Under the pieces are notes generated by a model. That model searched no databases. It saw nothing but the letters and a program-made list of their open reading frames with translations, and was not told the DNA's origin. A program made the position numbers and the translations under genes. From Nitrososphaerota archaeon (GTDB lineage Archaea > Thermoproteota > Nitrososphaeria_A > Caldarchaeales > Calditenuaceae), in NCBI GenBank assembly GCA_038845265.1, contig JAWBQR010000014.1, forward strand, positions 1 through 22,559: 22,559 nt of DNA, given 5' to 3'. Of this stretch, positions 7,465 through 16,634 are shown piece by piece (the first letter of the stretch is position 1; every line of letters starts with the position of its first letter).

Positions 7465-8436
7465 ATGAGTCAGGAAATAGACTTTAGGAAATCGGCAGAG
7501 GCGTATTTAAGGTTCTACAAGGCGCTTACGAGTGGAGATACTGGCTTTCCAGAAATTCCGCCAGAAATAGCTAGAGACATCATTGAGTATGTCTGGAAGA
7601 AATGCGTTGTGAGGCGGCTTTTCCCATGGATAATGATGGACAGTGACACCGTGAAGTATTACGTCGAGTCGGGTACTATATCAGTCTATTCACCCTCAAC
7701 TGAAGGAGCACAGGTAACGGAGTCAAAGATAACCTTTGGCACACCGGTTGAACTAATAGCGAAGGAAATTAGGGCGTGGTCATCAATTACTGACGTAGCG
7801 TCTGAGGAGGCGGCTATCGACGTTATAGCGAGGACAGTCAAGCATTTCGGCAATAAGTTTGCAGAATGTGAAGAGAGAAACGCACTCACGGGTGCCGGGG
7901 ATGCCTCATCCGCAAATGATTTATTTAAGGGGCTTTCAAAACTTTCCTCTGCAGATGGCGCACAAGTAACCAATAAGTCCAAAAATAGCCTCGGCTTAGA
8001 TGATATTAATAATGCTCTAGCGTATTTCGAGGACGCTGGGTATGATACTGGTGGTTTAGTCATGTTGATCAATCCATACGCATTGATGCACTTGAGGAAG
8101 GCACTGATAGATGCGGGCCTGGACACATTTGCGTCTCAAGTTACTGAGGAAGGAGAATTCCCGAGGCTATACGGTATTAGAATAGTGCCTACTGGATGGC
8201 TTGTCAGGAGACAGTATAATCCGACCGCTTCTCCACCCGACACAACACTTGTATCCGATGTAGTCATAACGAATCCATCAGTCTCAGCAGTCGGCGGAGA
8301 CAGGAGAAAAATAACTATCGAGCGTGACAGGGACATTACGAAGGGAGTCACGATAGTGGCTGCCAGTGAGAGGTTTGCATGGAGAGTTCTTAAGCCAGAT
8401 GCAGTATACGTCTTCCAGAACGTGCTGAGCCAGTGA
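7465..8436 (+). CDS. Major capsid protein, HK97 fold
   Basis: IPPEIARDII, EGAQVTESKITF, E..ALTG.G, FKGL, RLYGIRIV, ERFAWRVLKPDAV; 323 aa; position after the protease. Confidence 0.92.
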   Translation: MSQEIDFRKSAEAYLRFYKALTSGDTGFPEIPPEIARDIIEYVWKKCVVRRLFPWIMMDSDTVKYYVESGTISVYSPSTEGAQVTESKITFGTPVELIAKEIRAWSSITDVASEEAAIDVIARTVKHFGNKFAECEERNALTGAGDASSANDLFKGLSKLSSADGAQVTNKSKNSLGLDDINNALAYFEDAGYDTGGLVMLINPYALMHLRKALIDAGLDTFASQVTEEGEFPRLYGIRIVPTGWLVRRQYNPTASPPDTTLVSDVVITNPSVSAVGGDRRKITIERDRDITKGVTIVAASERFAWRVLKPDAVYVFQNVLSQ

Positions 8437-9070
8437 TAATCTGCTGCATAAGCGTCTTCAATGAGGCGGACAACATAGCTAGAGCCATAGAGAGCATAGT
8501 TGATTATGTCGACAAAATAATAGTCCTTGACGGAGCTTATGCCAGATTCATGGCTTTAAATAACTTAAATTTTTTCTCTCAAATGATGATACTGAAAAAA
8601 TAGTTCTCGACTTAGTCTCAAATTATCCAAATATATTTTTTATTAAGCCTGTCAGGCCATGGCTGAGTGAAGTAGAGAAAAGAACATATTTTTTCAGGTT
8701 TGGGAACTCGAATCGAGACGTATTCTTCATGCTTGATGGTGATGAAGAATGCATGGGAGACGTGGCCTCAGGGATTGAAAAGGTTAGGAAAAGTCATGAT
8801 GACGTATTCTCGGTCAGAATACATGATTTAGAGAGAAATACATGGGCCTGGAGAATACGCTTCTACAGGTGGCAGTCGAACATGCGGTATGAGGGAAACC
8901 ACTGGACAGTTAAGGGTAATAGATACGAGGTATATTATGTTAGTGCAGATCCCCCAAAATATCCACGAATAAATGATTTCTATATAATTAATCATGAAAA
9001 GTCTCCTGAACGCAAAAAAATGAATGAGAAATACTATGCCTATATGGCTCTCCGAGACTGGCGTGAATAA
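8433..9070 (+). pseudogene. GT2-family glycosyltransferase split by a -1 frameshift at about 8567-8576 (about 212 aa if joined)
   Basis: GTG 8433 frame gives IICCISVFNEADNIARAIESIVDYVDKIIVLDG; the -1 frame continues SNDDTEKIV...EVEKR...FFMLDGDEE (DxD) into track ORF 8729-9070. Confidence 0.8.
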
Positions 9071-9110
9071 ATTCTCAGAAAGACAAGGAAGTCGTGAAGA
9101 CCATTAATGA

Positions 9111-9548
9111 ATGCCGAACCCAAAGTCAAAATATGAGTATAGGTTCAAGAAGGCTTGGAGCTGGCCCGGCTCAGTGGAGAAATTTATTAATAATTTTTTA
9201 GTCTCTCCTAGCTTACACGTCTTTTGCGGGGAGTCAAGACTAGGGGACGTACGTGTAGATTTATTTACTGATGCTGATGTCCGGGCCGATGGTTTTCGTC
9301 TGCCTTTCCGAGATAATGTATTTATGAGTATCGTCAGCGACCCGCCATGGAATATGCCGTATCATCTCAGGCCGAGGCTCGCAAAGGAATTTTTCCGTGT
9401 CCTGAGGCCTGGTGGAAAACTAATACTTAACGCTCCGTGGTGTTTTGGTCTTTCCTCTTTGCTGCTCGAAGAGGTCTATTATGCTATGGCGCCTGCTTGG
9501 AGGAATTGTCCCCTCATAATGATATATAGGAAGTTCTCAGCATCTTAA
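9111..9548 (+). CDS. Small SAM-dependent methyltransferase with DPPW amino-MTase motif
   Basis: LHVFCG (motif I-like), LPFRDNVF, VSDPPW, RVLRPGG; TCTCAG at 9073 is 38 nt upstream. Confidence 0.8.
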   Translation: MPNPKSKYEYRFKKAWSWPGSVEKFINNFLVSPSLHVFCGESRLGDVRVDLFTDADVRADGFRLPFRDNVFMSIVSDPPWNMPYHLRPRLAKEFFRVLRPGGKLILNAPWCFGLSSLLLEEVYYAMAPAWRNCPLIMIYRKFSAS

Positions 9549-9550
9549 AC
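9535..9550 (+). promoter_or_regulatory. TCTSAG motif copy (TCTCAGCATCTTAAAC), 38 nt before ATG 9573
   Basis: AAGTTCTCAG shared with the 24-bp repeat. Confidence 0.55.
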
Positions 9551-9572
9551 ACGTATTTTATTTTTTTGAGAC

Positions 9573-10388
9573 ATGGTATATGCATCGGTAAGAGATGTGA
9601 GAATATTTAACGGATGGTTTCCAGTCGAGGTGAGGGGCGATATACTTACTAGGCTCTCAGAAAATATGTTTAGAACATCTAAGAAGCCAATAGTTGATTA
9701 TGACTGGGATGATGATGTTCTCGATGACGTGAAGGTCTACGTAGATGGTGTATTAGCAGATATAAACAGTATCGATGAGGAGAGAGGCGTCATAACATTA
9801 GCCACGGCTCCGCCAAGCGGGGCCCTCCTAACTGCTGACTACTATCATCACCCAGTCGGAGATTCTGAAATTAAGCTTGCATTATCCTACGCAGAGGAGG
9901 AAATAAAAACCACTACGGGAATTAAATATGAGGCGCATGAAAAGACTGAGGAGGTAATACTTCATTATGGCTCGGTCTTTGAGCTTGCCGAGCCAATTAT
10001 CACCATTAACTCTATCGATATTGATGGCTATACACTTACTGCTGATGAATATGAAATAGTTGATGCGGAGGCAGGGATAGTCAGGCTGAAAAACATATCT
10101 GCAGGTCTGGTCATGCCTCCGTGGTATATTGCGAAGAGTATTAGGTTGAGGGTTCAATACATTGCTGGTTATCAGGCTATTCCCAGCATCGTGAAGCATG
10201 CATCAATACTCATAGCGACGTATCAATTATTACTTAGGCTTCAGAGACAAGTAACATTTACAGAGGATTACTCGGGAATAACAATGGCGTTCAAGACGCC
10301 TGAAGATTTGACGAATAGACTACAATTTTTGCGGGCCGAGGTTGCAAGAGTAAAGGAGCTACTGCCTCGGAGGGTGGTTAAGGCTTGA
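9573..10388 (+). CDS. Head-tail adaptor (gp6/gp15-like) with inserted beta-rich domains
   Basis: N-terminal YASVRDVR, C-terminal YIAGYQAIPSIVKHA; inserts such as VYVDGV...GVITLATAPPSGALLTADY. Confidence 0.72.
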   Translation: MVYASVRDVRIFNGWFPVEVRGDILTRLSENMFRTSKKPIVDYDWDDDVLDDVKVYVDGVLADINSIDEERGVITLATAPPSGALLTADYYHHPVGDSEIKLALSYAEEEIKTTTGIKYEAHEKTEEVILHYGSVFELAEPIITINSIDIDGYTLTADEYEIVDAEAGIVRLKNISAGLVMPPWYIAKSIRLRVQYIAGYQAIPSIVKHASILIATYQLLLRLQRQVTFTEDYSGITMAFKTPEDLTNRLQFLRAEVARVKELLPRRVVKA

Positions 10389-10765
10389 GGCAAATCACTG
10401 ATATAGTTGATGCTCTAGTGAGGAGACTTCGCGAGGCTACTGGTCTTCGGGTCAAGACTGCTTGGATTGCTGTGGGAGACGTAGCGCCACTAATAACGTT
10501 GCTAATGCATGACTCGGAGATTAGGCCGATAGATATGTCTGGGCGACTAATATATGACCTTCGTTTCCAGATAGATATTTGGCACCAGTCGGCCAAGGCT
10601 CGGGACGAGGTTTTTGACAGGATTCTAGCATACTTCGACCAGAACAAATCCGCACTACACAATGATTATGGATGGTTTGATGTCAGGTTCACGGGCCTGA
10701 CCGACTTGGAGGAGGAGGGAGTATTCAGGAAGATAGTTATGCTCCGCCTAAGGGTGGTTGGATAA
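10385..10765 (+). CDS. Tail terminator / tail completion protein
   Basis: 126 aa, PLITL and FQIDIW motifs, TTGA overlap with the adaptor gene. Confidence 0.68.
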   Translation: MRQITDIVDALVRRLREATGLRVKTAWIAVGDVAPLITLLMHDSEIRPIDMSGRLIYDLRFQIDIWHQSAKARDEVFDRILAYFDQNKSALHNDYGWFDVRFTGLTDLEEEGVFRKIVMLRLRVVG

Positions 10766-11032
10766 ATGTGTATGTTTAGGATAAAGTATGAGGGGGAATA
10801 CCTGTGTGGGAAGAGGTATCCCCTGAAATGTATGCCCGGGGTTTGTCCATTCGGCGAACTCTGGAAAGTATTAGTGAGAAGCGATTTTAAGTCGGATTTT
10901 TATTGGCTCATGCCGGGCCGACATTTGGTGGGCCTGAACGAGGCGATAGATGCCCTAAGGAATAGTCATGCCGAGTATGTCGTTAAGAGCTTTAACATAG
11001 GTGTCTCACATGGTAAGAGGAAACATAGATGA
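10766..11032 (+). CDS. Hypothetical Cys-containing protein
   Basis: Abuts the upstream stop and overlaps the protease gene; LCG...KC.PGVCP. Confidence 0.55.
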   Translation: MCMFRIKYEGEYLCGKRYPLKCMPGVCPFGELWKVLVRSDFKSDFYWLMPGRHLVGLNEAIDALRNSHAEYVVKSFNIGVSHGKRKHR

Positions 11033-11921
11033 TGCACTCAATATTACTAAGTTCTTGGACGTTCTCAGCAGTGAGACGGGTGATGGGTGCCGAATAGTAT
11101 TCATCGATACAGGAGTAGCCAATGACTTAGAAGTGCAGGACATAATCAACCTCACAGATGAGTCGATAGTAGACGTTACACAGCACGGCTCAATCATTCA
11201 ATACATAATCAGCTACATATTGCCGGAGGCCGAGATATATGCAGTAAAGATCCCCGACCCAGTCCCCGACCATATATTGATAAGCGCATTGAATGAAGCC
11301 ATGAAGTGGCGGCCCCACGCAATTAATCTAAGCTTCACGAGTGAATTTCCCTCTGATGGAACTGACCCATGCAGTATATATGTCGATTACGTATCGAGAA
11401 GCAGTGTAGTCTGTATAAGTGCTGGTAATGGCGGGCCCAGATTCATGAGTATTGGCGCGCCAGCAACGGCCCGAGAGGCACTGACGGTAGGGGCTACCGA
11501 TACACGTGGCCGCCTATGGATTAAGAGTAGCCGGGGCCCGACGCTTGACGGCAGATGGAAGCCAAACATCGTCGCGCCCACGAACTATGTAATACCTGAA
11601 ATTGACGAGGATGAGAGCTGGCCGGGAACGAGCTTCTCGGCCCCCATAGCAACTGCACTAAGCGCAATACTAATGCGTGAAATAGGTGATAGCTATGTGG
11701 TGCGGAGAATTATTGAGATTACTGCCACATCCATCCCCATCATCTTCTCTGGAAAAATAATGTTGAAGGGTATTAGGCAGTCAAGCCTAATAAAGCGAAT
11801 ATTTGAGGCGTGGCCGAGACTACTGGACTCACGAAACTTGATAGGGATGGGGCTGCTGAATGCTGCCGAGGCAGTGAAGACTGCTAAACATCTCAGATTA
11901 ATAGCATCAAAAATATCTTAG
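11001..11921 (+). CDS. S8 subtilisin-family serine protease
   Basis: FIDTG (Asp), QHGS (His), SAGNGG (oxyanion Asn), SSRGPT.DGR.KPNIVAP, GTSFSAP (Ser). Confidence 0.92.
   Translation: MSHMVRGNIDDALNITKFLDVLSSETGDGCRIVFIDTGVANDLEVQDIINLTDESIVDVTQHGSIIQYIISYILPEAEIYAVKIPDPVPDHILISALNEAMKWRPHAINLSFTSEFPSDGTDPCSIYVDYVSRSSVVCISAGNGGPRFMSIGAPATAREALTVGATDTRGRLWIKSSRGPTLDGRWKPNIVAPTNYVIPEIDEDESWPGTSFSAPIATALSAILMREIGDSYVVRRIIEITATSIPIIFSGKIMLKGIRQSSLIKRIFEAWPRLLDSRNLIGMGLLNAAEAVKTAKHLRLIASKIS
11891..11904 (+). promoter_or_regulatory. TCTSAG motif copy (TCTCAGATTAATAG), 37 nt before tail tube ATG 11928
   Basis: Positional conservation. Confidence 0.6.
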
Positions 11922-11927
11922 GGAAAT

Positions 11928-12818
11928 ATGAGCTTCAAGAGACTCGTATCGTATGGTGAAGAGACGACATACGGCCAGCCCCCGTCAGATTTGGGTAGGT
12001 GGATAGGCCTTGTCCAGACGTTTAATGGCGGGGTTGAGCATGCTGGCGAGGAGGTGGCGGCCCTCGACGCAGATAGGCTGAAAAGACCAGTAATATACGG
12101 CATTGACGTCTCGCCATCGATGGAGTTCTTTGTTCAGAATGCGATATTTTTGAAGTATGCATTCGGGAGCGTAACTAATAGTGGTACAGCGCCGCCGTAT
12201 ACACATACATTAACGATAAGCCCAGACTACTTATTGCCCAGCATTACATTGGTAGAGCATAGGATAGGCTCGCCGATGCATGGTTATAAATATACTGGCT
12301 GCAGAGTCGAGAGTCTAGAGCTTTCGTGGGAAGAGGACGGCTTCCTAACCGCATCAGTAGAGCTGATCGGTAAAAGTGTAGAAAAAATAACTACACTACC
12401 AAGCGTCACGCCGAGCAACGAAGAACCATTCAAGGCTAGCCAGAAGACCGTTACGATAAATGGAACTGAGAATCTGTATGTCGTGTCTGGAAGCGTATCG
12501 ATAACCAATAATCACGTAAAGTATCCCCGAAGCGGAGACTTCATAGCCGGTATAGTCGCAGATAGGGTGGACATCGAGGCGAGCCTAGATATTTTCTACA
12601 TCGATTCGAGCATATATGAATTAATGCTGAACAAGACAAAGTTTGACGTCACAATAAAGTTTACACGCTCGACTGATGACTACATCGAGATAACTCTTGA
12701 TGATTGCTATGTAAGTGTTGATTCTGAGCTTCCGGCTGAGGGAGAACTGATGCAGACACTCAGTCTGAGGCCCTCAAACATATCAATAGTTGCGAAAGAC
12801 AACATAGCGACTTATTAA
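11928..12818 (+). CDS. Tail tube (major tail) protein
   Basis: YGEETTYG N-terminus, YTHTLT, LPSITL, YTGCRVESLELS; upstream of chaperone and tape measure. Confidence 0.85.
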   Translation: MSFKRLVSYGEETTYGQPPSDLGRWIGLVQTFNGGVEHAGEEVAALDADRLKRPVIYGIDVSPSMEFFVQNAIFLKYAFGSVTNSGTAPPYTHTLTISPDYLLPSITLVEHRIGSPMHGYKYTGCRVESLELSWEEDGFLTASVELIGKSVEKITTLPSVTPSNEEPFKASQKTVTINGTENLYVVSGSVSITNNHVKYPRSGDFIAGIVADRVDIEASLDIFYIDSSIYELMLNKTKFDVTIKFTRSTDDYIEITLDDCYVSVDSELPAEGELMQTLSLRPSNISIVAKDNIATY

Positions 12819-12828
12819 GGCGGTAGCC

Positions 12829-13179
12829 ATGGAGACCCCGACCCCTGAGAAGGTAAAGGAGCTGGCTTCAGGCCTATTCAGGCGTGAGGCAGAATTAGAG
12901 GTCAGAGGCGTAAAGTTCAGAGTCAGGAGGATGACCCTTAAGGAGGAGCTTGACTGGTATGAATTTAGGGACAAGATATTCAAGGATGAGAGCCTTGATG
13001 CTAATGAGAAACTCGTAAAGGTTTGGGAGGAGTTGCTTCAGCGATGCGTTGTTGAGCCTAGGCTTTTTAGGTATACTGAGGAGTTGCCGGGCCCGGTGGT
13101 TGCGTTTCTTATTGATGCTATCAGTGAGCTTCATCTCTGGAACGTGGATTTTCGTGGATTGAGGCGGGCCTCCAGCTAG
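12829..13179 (+). CDS. Tail assembly chaperone (gpG-like)
   Basis: 116 aa directly after the tail tube; slippery GGATTTT near its 3' end. Confidence 0.78.
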   Translation: METPTPEKVKELASGLFRREAELEVRGVKFRVRRMTLKEELDWYEFRDKIFKDESLDANEKLVKVWEELLQRCVVEPRLFRYTEELPGPVVAFLIDAISELHLWNVDFRGLRRASS

Positions 13180-13361
13180 CAAGGAATTTTGAATATTTTT
13201 TACTGGCTGAGAAGTATGGCTGGCGGCACGAGGATATACTTAGGCTCACTCGGGCCGAGGCGCTATACTACTTACTGGCCCCGAGTGCGTATGAGGAGTG
13301 GAGGAAGAGGATTGAGTCTCGGAGAAATAAGCTTAAAAAACTTTTTGGGATAAAGAGATGA
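13152..13361 (+). CDS. -1 frame extension of the chaperone (gpT-like; fusion about 177 aa)
   Basis: 69 open codons without ATG: SWIEAGLQLARNFEYFLLAEKYGWRHEDILRLTRAEALYY...; its TGA overlaps ATG 13358. Confidence 0.78.
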   Translation, partial: SWIEAGLQLARNFEYFLLAEKYGWRHEDILRLTRAEALYYLLAPSAYEEWRKRIESRRNKLKKLFGIKR

Positions 13362-13780
13362 GGATTGAGGGCTTATCGAGGCTTAACGACTCGTTGAAAA
13401 GCTTGAGGAAAATGGTCAGTAGGCCTGAGGATGGGCTATCTAATCTGGCTGAACTCATGGCGAGTAAGGCTAGGGAGTTAGCGCCAGTATATACCGGCCG
13501 TCTCAAGAATAGCATCAAGGTGAGTCGTGAGCGAAGGAATAGGATATGCGTGCTGGCCGAGGCACCCTATAGTGGATTCGTGGAGTTTGGCACGAGACCA
13601 CACATTATTAGGCCGAGGCAAAAACAGGTCTTGAGATTTGAGGCTGATGGAAAAGTAGTGTATGCCACTAGGGTTTATCATCCGGGAGCTGGGCCCAAGC
13701 CATTCTTCCGGCCCGCTTTCCAGTATGCGGCCGAGAAGGTCTCCGAAATAATGCTTAGGGGGATGGCTAGATGCCTGTAG
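13358..13780 (+). CDS. HK97 gp10-like neck/tail completion protein
   Basis: APVYTGRLKNSI, APYSGFVEFGT, HPG..PKPFFRPA. Confidence 0.85.
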   Translation: MRIEGLSRLNDSLKSLRKMVSRPEDGLSNLAELMASKARELAPVYTGRLKNSIKVSRERRNRICVLAEAPYSGFVEFGTRPHIIRPRQKQVLRFEADGKVVYATRVYHPGAGPKPFFRPAFQYAAEKVSEIMLRGMARCL

Positions 13781-16614
13781 AGGAATTCGTCCTGAAGGCA
13801 ATCTTTGAGGCAGAAGACCGTCTATCCGGAAAGATAAGCGATGTCCAGAGCAAATTAGCTAGGCTCGGGGATGAAACGGAGCATCAGGGCTCGAGGATGT
13901 CGAGTATATTTAGCGACGTGGGGAAGGTGGCTGCAGGCGTCCTCGGCGGCCTATTTGGCTATGAACTCATCGGCAGAATTAGGAGCTTCGTGGAGGAATC
14001 CATCAAGAATTTTGCAGAGTTTGAGCGTGAATCAGTAAAGCTGGCATCTCTGAGCAGGCGGGCCGGACAAGACGTAGGAGAACTCGCACAGGTGTTTAGG
14101 ACAATCGCATCAGCTGCGGCAAATCAATTCGCAGTCTCCGGCCGTGAAGCACTGAGTAGCCTCGAGGCGCTGATTAAGGCAGGCCTATCGGGACGCGATG
14201 CAATGAGTGCCCTAGGCAGCGCCATAATGATGGCGAGAATTGAGGGCGTAGACTTCGAGGTTGCCGCAAACAACTTAGTGCAGGTCATGGCACAATTCGG
14301 ACTGTCCGGCAGAGAGGCAGCCAGAGTGGTGGATGCATTGACGAACGCTTCGAGGCTGGGAATAGGCACTGCAAATGACTTTGCACGTGGCCTCGCAGAT
14401 ACCGGAGCAACCGCAAAAGCACTAGGCCTAAGCCTAGAGGACACGACTACGTGGCTAGTAGTCCTCGAGAAGAGGTTTGGCTCGGCCCAAGAGGCAGGAA
14501 CACACCTAAACAGATTCCTACTAGAGCTATACGAGATAGCGAATAAGCTGGGCGTCCCTATCCGGGACACTAGCGGGGCCCTCAGAGACACTAATGCAGT
14601 CATACAGGACGTGATCAAAGCAGCTAAGGAGATGGGCGGAGACTTCAACATGCTTCAGGAGAGACTTAAGGGCGTCGATATGCGTGCAATAAAGGCCCTC
14701 CTAACACTCTCACAGATGACTGAGTCATTCTCAGAGCTTAGAAATGAGATAGGCCGGGCTGGCACGTCGGCCGAGGCATTCGGAGAAATGATGGATACTA
14801 TTAGTGGAAGGTTCGACAGGATGCAGACTACCGTTGACAGGGCCTCGAGGCGGATAGGAGAGTCGGCTGGAAACATAGCCGTAACCCTAGGCAACTATGT
14901 ATTGCCAGCGGTGCAGTATGCATTCGATGCGTGGAGCGGAATAATAGCCACTGCCGTGGGAGACGCTAAGACACAGCTCGAGTCAGCGATTGATGCCCAG
15001 CTCACGCTAGGCCGGATAACACAGCAACAGGCAGCCGACTGGATAATGGCTTGGCTAGAAATGGGAAAGATAACGGAGAAGGAGGCAATGGACATTGCAG
15101 GCCGGACACTGACCCTCGAGGCAATAATGACCAGTAGCTTGTCAAGCATAATCGAGAAGCACCTACAGGCTGGCGAGGAGATACCTGACGTATTAAAACC
15201 ACTCGCACACTCGTATGAGGAGCTGAGAACTCAGAGCCAAAAAACGGGTGACGTATTAGTCCAGATAGCTGGAAAATTCGGCATAACGTCGGACAGGGCC
15301 CTCGAACTCGCAAAAAAAGTCCTAGGCCTTGAATTAGCATTCGACGAACACGCAGATGCTATAAAGAAATTAACTATTGAGTATGGAATAACTGAGGAGC
15401 AAGCCCGTGAATTAATAGAAGCATTGGAGAGAGAGGCAGAGGCCGCCAAAAAGGCGAAAGAAGAGGAGGAAAGACATAGACAAGCAGTAGAAGACGCGAG
15501 AAACACGCTTATCTCGTCAGTTCAGGCATTACTGGAGTATGGCGGAGCATTCGGCCCACTGACAAGCAATATTAGGGATGCAGAAGAGGCATTAAGGACG
15601 CTTACAGAGGAGGGAGAAAAAGTCCCCTCAAAACTACAAGACTTCCTAAAATTCATGACTGACCTGAATAGCCAGTTTAGTAGTCTTGAGAGGCAGGCCA
15701 GAACAGTCTCGGCCGCCCAGAGCGTAGCGGCCACGGGCGCGAGCTACTATTCAGCCATAACCCAAATCCAAGAGGGCCTCATAGCTGACCAGATAATTCA
15801 GCTCGAGAGGCAAATAGATGAATTAAAGCAGCAGGAAGAGGCGCTCAGACAGTCTGGAGACGCAGCAAAATACCAGATAGAGGTAATCAGGCAGCAGAGA
15901 GCGGAGCTTGAGCAGCAGCTACAGAAGTTGAAGGATTCAACCCAATTAACAGTTGAGCAGGCAGCAAGTCAGGAAAGATTAGCCGGCATACAACAGATGC
16001 TCGGATTCACGAGCCAGATAGTCAGCCTACAGCAGACGGCCCTCCAGCTCGCAATGATGGGTGCAGATGAGACTGCAAATACATTCATGAATACGAGCAT
16101 AGCGCTGGCCGACGCATTATCAGACGGAGTCATAACTCAGGAGGAATACAAAAACATCCTAACTATGCTTGGCGTAACCTTCGATGAGCAGGGAAGACCA
16201 GTAATAAACTTGAAGAATATAATGGATGAATTCAAGAATAAATTAGTCGAGACCCAAGACCAAGTAAATAGCTTTAGAGAGACGTTGAGTAAGCTTGACG
16301 GCACAACAATTCATACCTATCACTATCACCACGAGATAACAGTCACGGGTACTAAGAAAGAAGAGACTGAGGAATGGATACCGAGGCCAAACGTGTATCA
16401 AGCAGGAGCATGGTATACTCCGGAGGGACTAGCATACCTACACAGGGGAGAAATGGTTCTCCCACGACCCGTAGCCGAATGGTTCAGAAAAACAGGCTCA
16501 GCAGCCATGAAGAACATAAACATAAGCATAAACATCACCACGGCCGGAGAAGAGCCAACAAAACTCGCAGACACCATCTCAAGAGAACTAGCCAGACGAC
16601 TAAGAGCAATGTAG
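13771..16614 (+). CDS. Tail tape measure protein
   Basis: 947 aa Ala/Leu/Glu-rich helical protein, TP901-like core (GSAQEAGTHL, LGVPIRDTSGALRD), C-terminal AYLHRGEMVLP. Confidence 0.92.
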   Translation: MPVEEFVLKAIFEAEDRLSGKISDVQSKLARLGDETEHQGSRMSSIFSDVGKVAAGVLGGLFGYELIGRIRSFVEESIKNFAEFERESVKLASLSRRAGQDVGELAQVFRTIASAAANQFAVSGREALSSLEALIKAGLSGRDAMSALGSAIMMARIEGVDFEVAANNLVQVMAQFGLSGREAARVVDALTNASRLGIGTANDFARGLADTGATAKALGLSLEDTTTWLVVLEKRFGSAQEAGTHLNRFLLELYEIANKLGVPIRDTSGALRDTNAVIQDVIKAAKEMGGDFNMLQERLKGVDMRAIKALLTLSQMTESFSELRNEIGRAGTSAEAFGEMMDTISGRFDRMQTTVDRASRRIGESAGNIAVTLGNYVLPAVQYAFDAWSGIIATAVGDAKTQLESAIDAQLTLGRITQQQAADWIMAWLEMGKITEKEAMDIAGRTLTLEAIMTSSLSSIIEKHLQAGEEIPDVLKPLAHSYEELRTQSQKTGDVLVQIAGKFGITSDRALELAKKVLGLELAFDEHADAIKKLTIEYGITEEQARELIEALEREAEAAKKAKEEEERHRQAVEDARNTLISSVQALLEYGGAFGPLTSNIRDAEEALRTLTEEGEKVPSKLQDFLKFMTDLNSQFSSLERQARTVSAAQSVAATGASYYSAITQIQEGLIADQIIQLERQIDELKQQEEALRQSGDAAKYQIEVIRQQRAELEQQLQKLKDSTQLTVEQAASQERLAGIQQMLGFTSQIVSLQQTALQLAMMGADETANTFMNTSIALADALSDGVITQEEYKNILTMLGVTFDEQGRPVINLKNIMDEFKNKLVETQDQVNSFRETLSKLDGTTIHTYHYHHEITVTGTKKEETEEWIPRPNVYQAGAWYTPEGLAYLHRGEMVLPRPVAEWFRKTGSAAMKNINISINITTAGEEPTKLADTISRELARRLRAM

Positions 16615-16634
16615 CAAGAACATTAATGTAAAAA

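Noticed and set aside
8555-8563. T-TTA-AAT slippery heptamer in the GT gene
   Set aside because: The -1 frame meets TAA immediately
13317-13340. Ninth promoter motif copy (TCTCGG) before 13358
   Set aside because: One mismatch and offset 41; the gene appears translationally coupled instead
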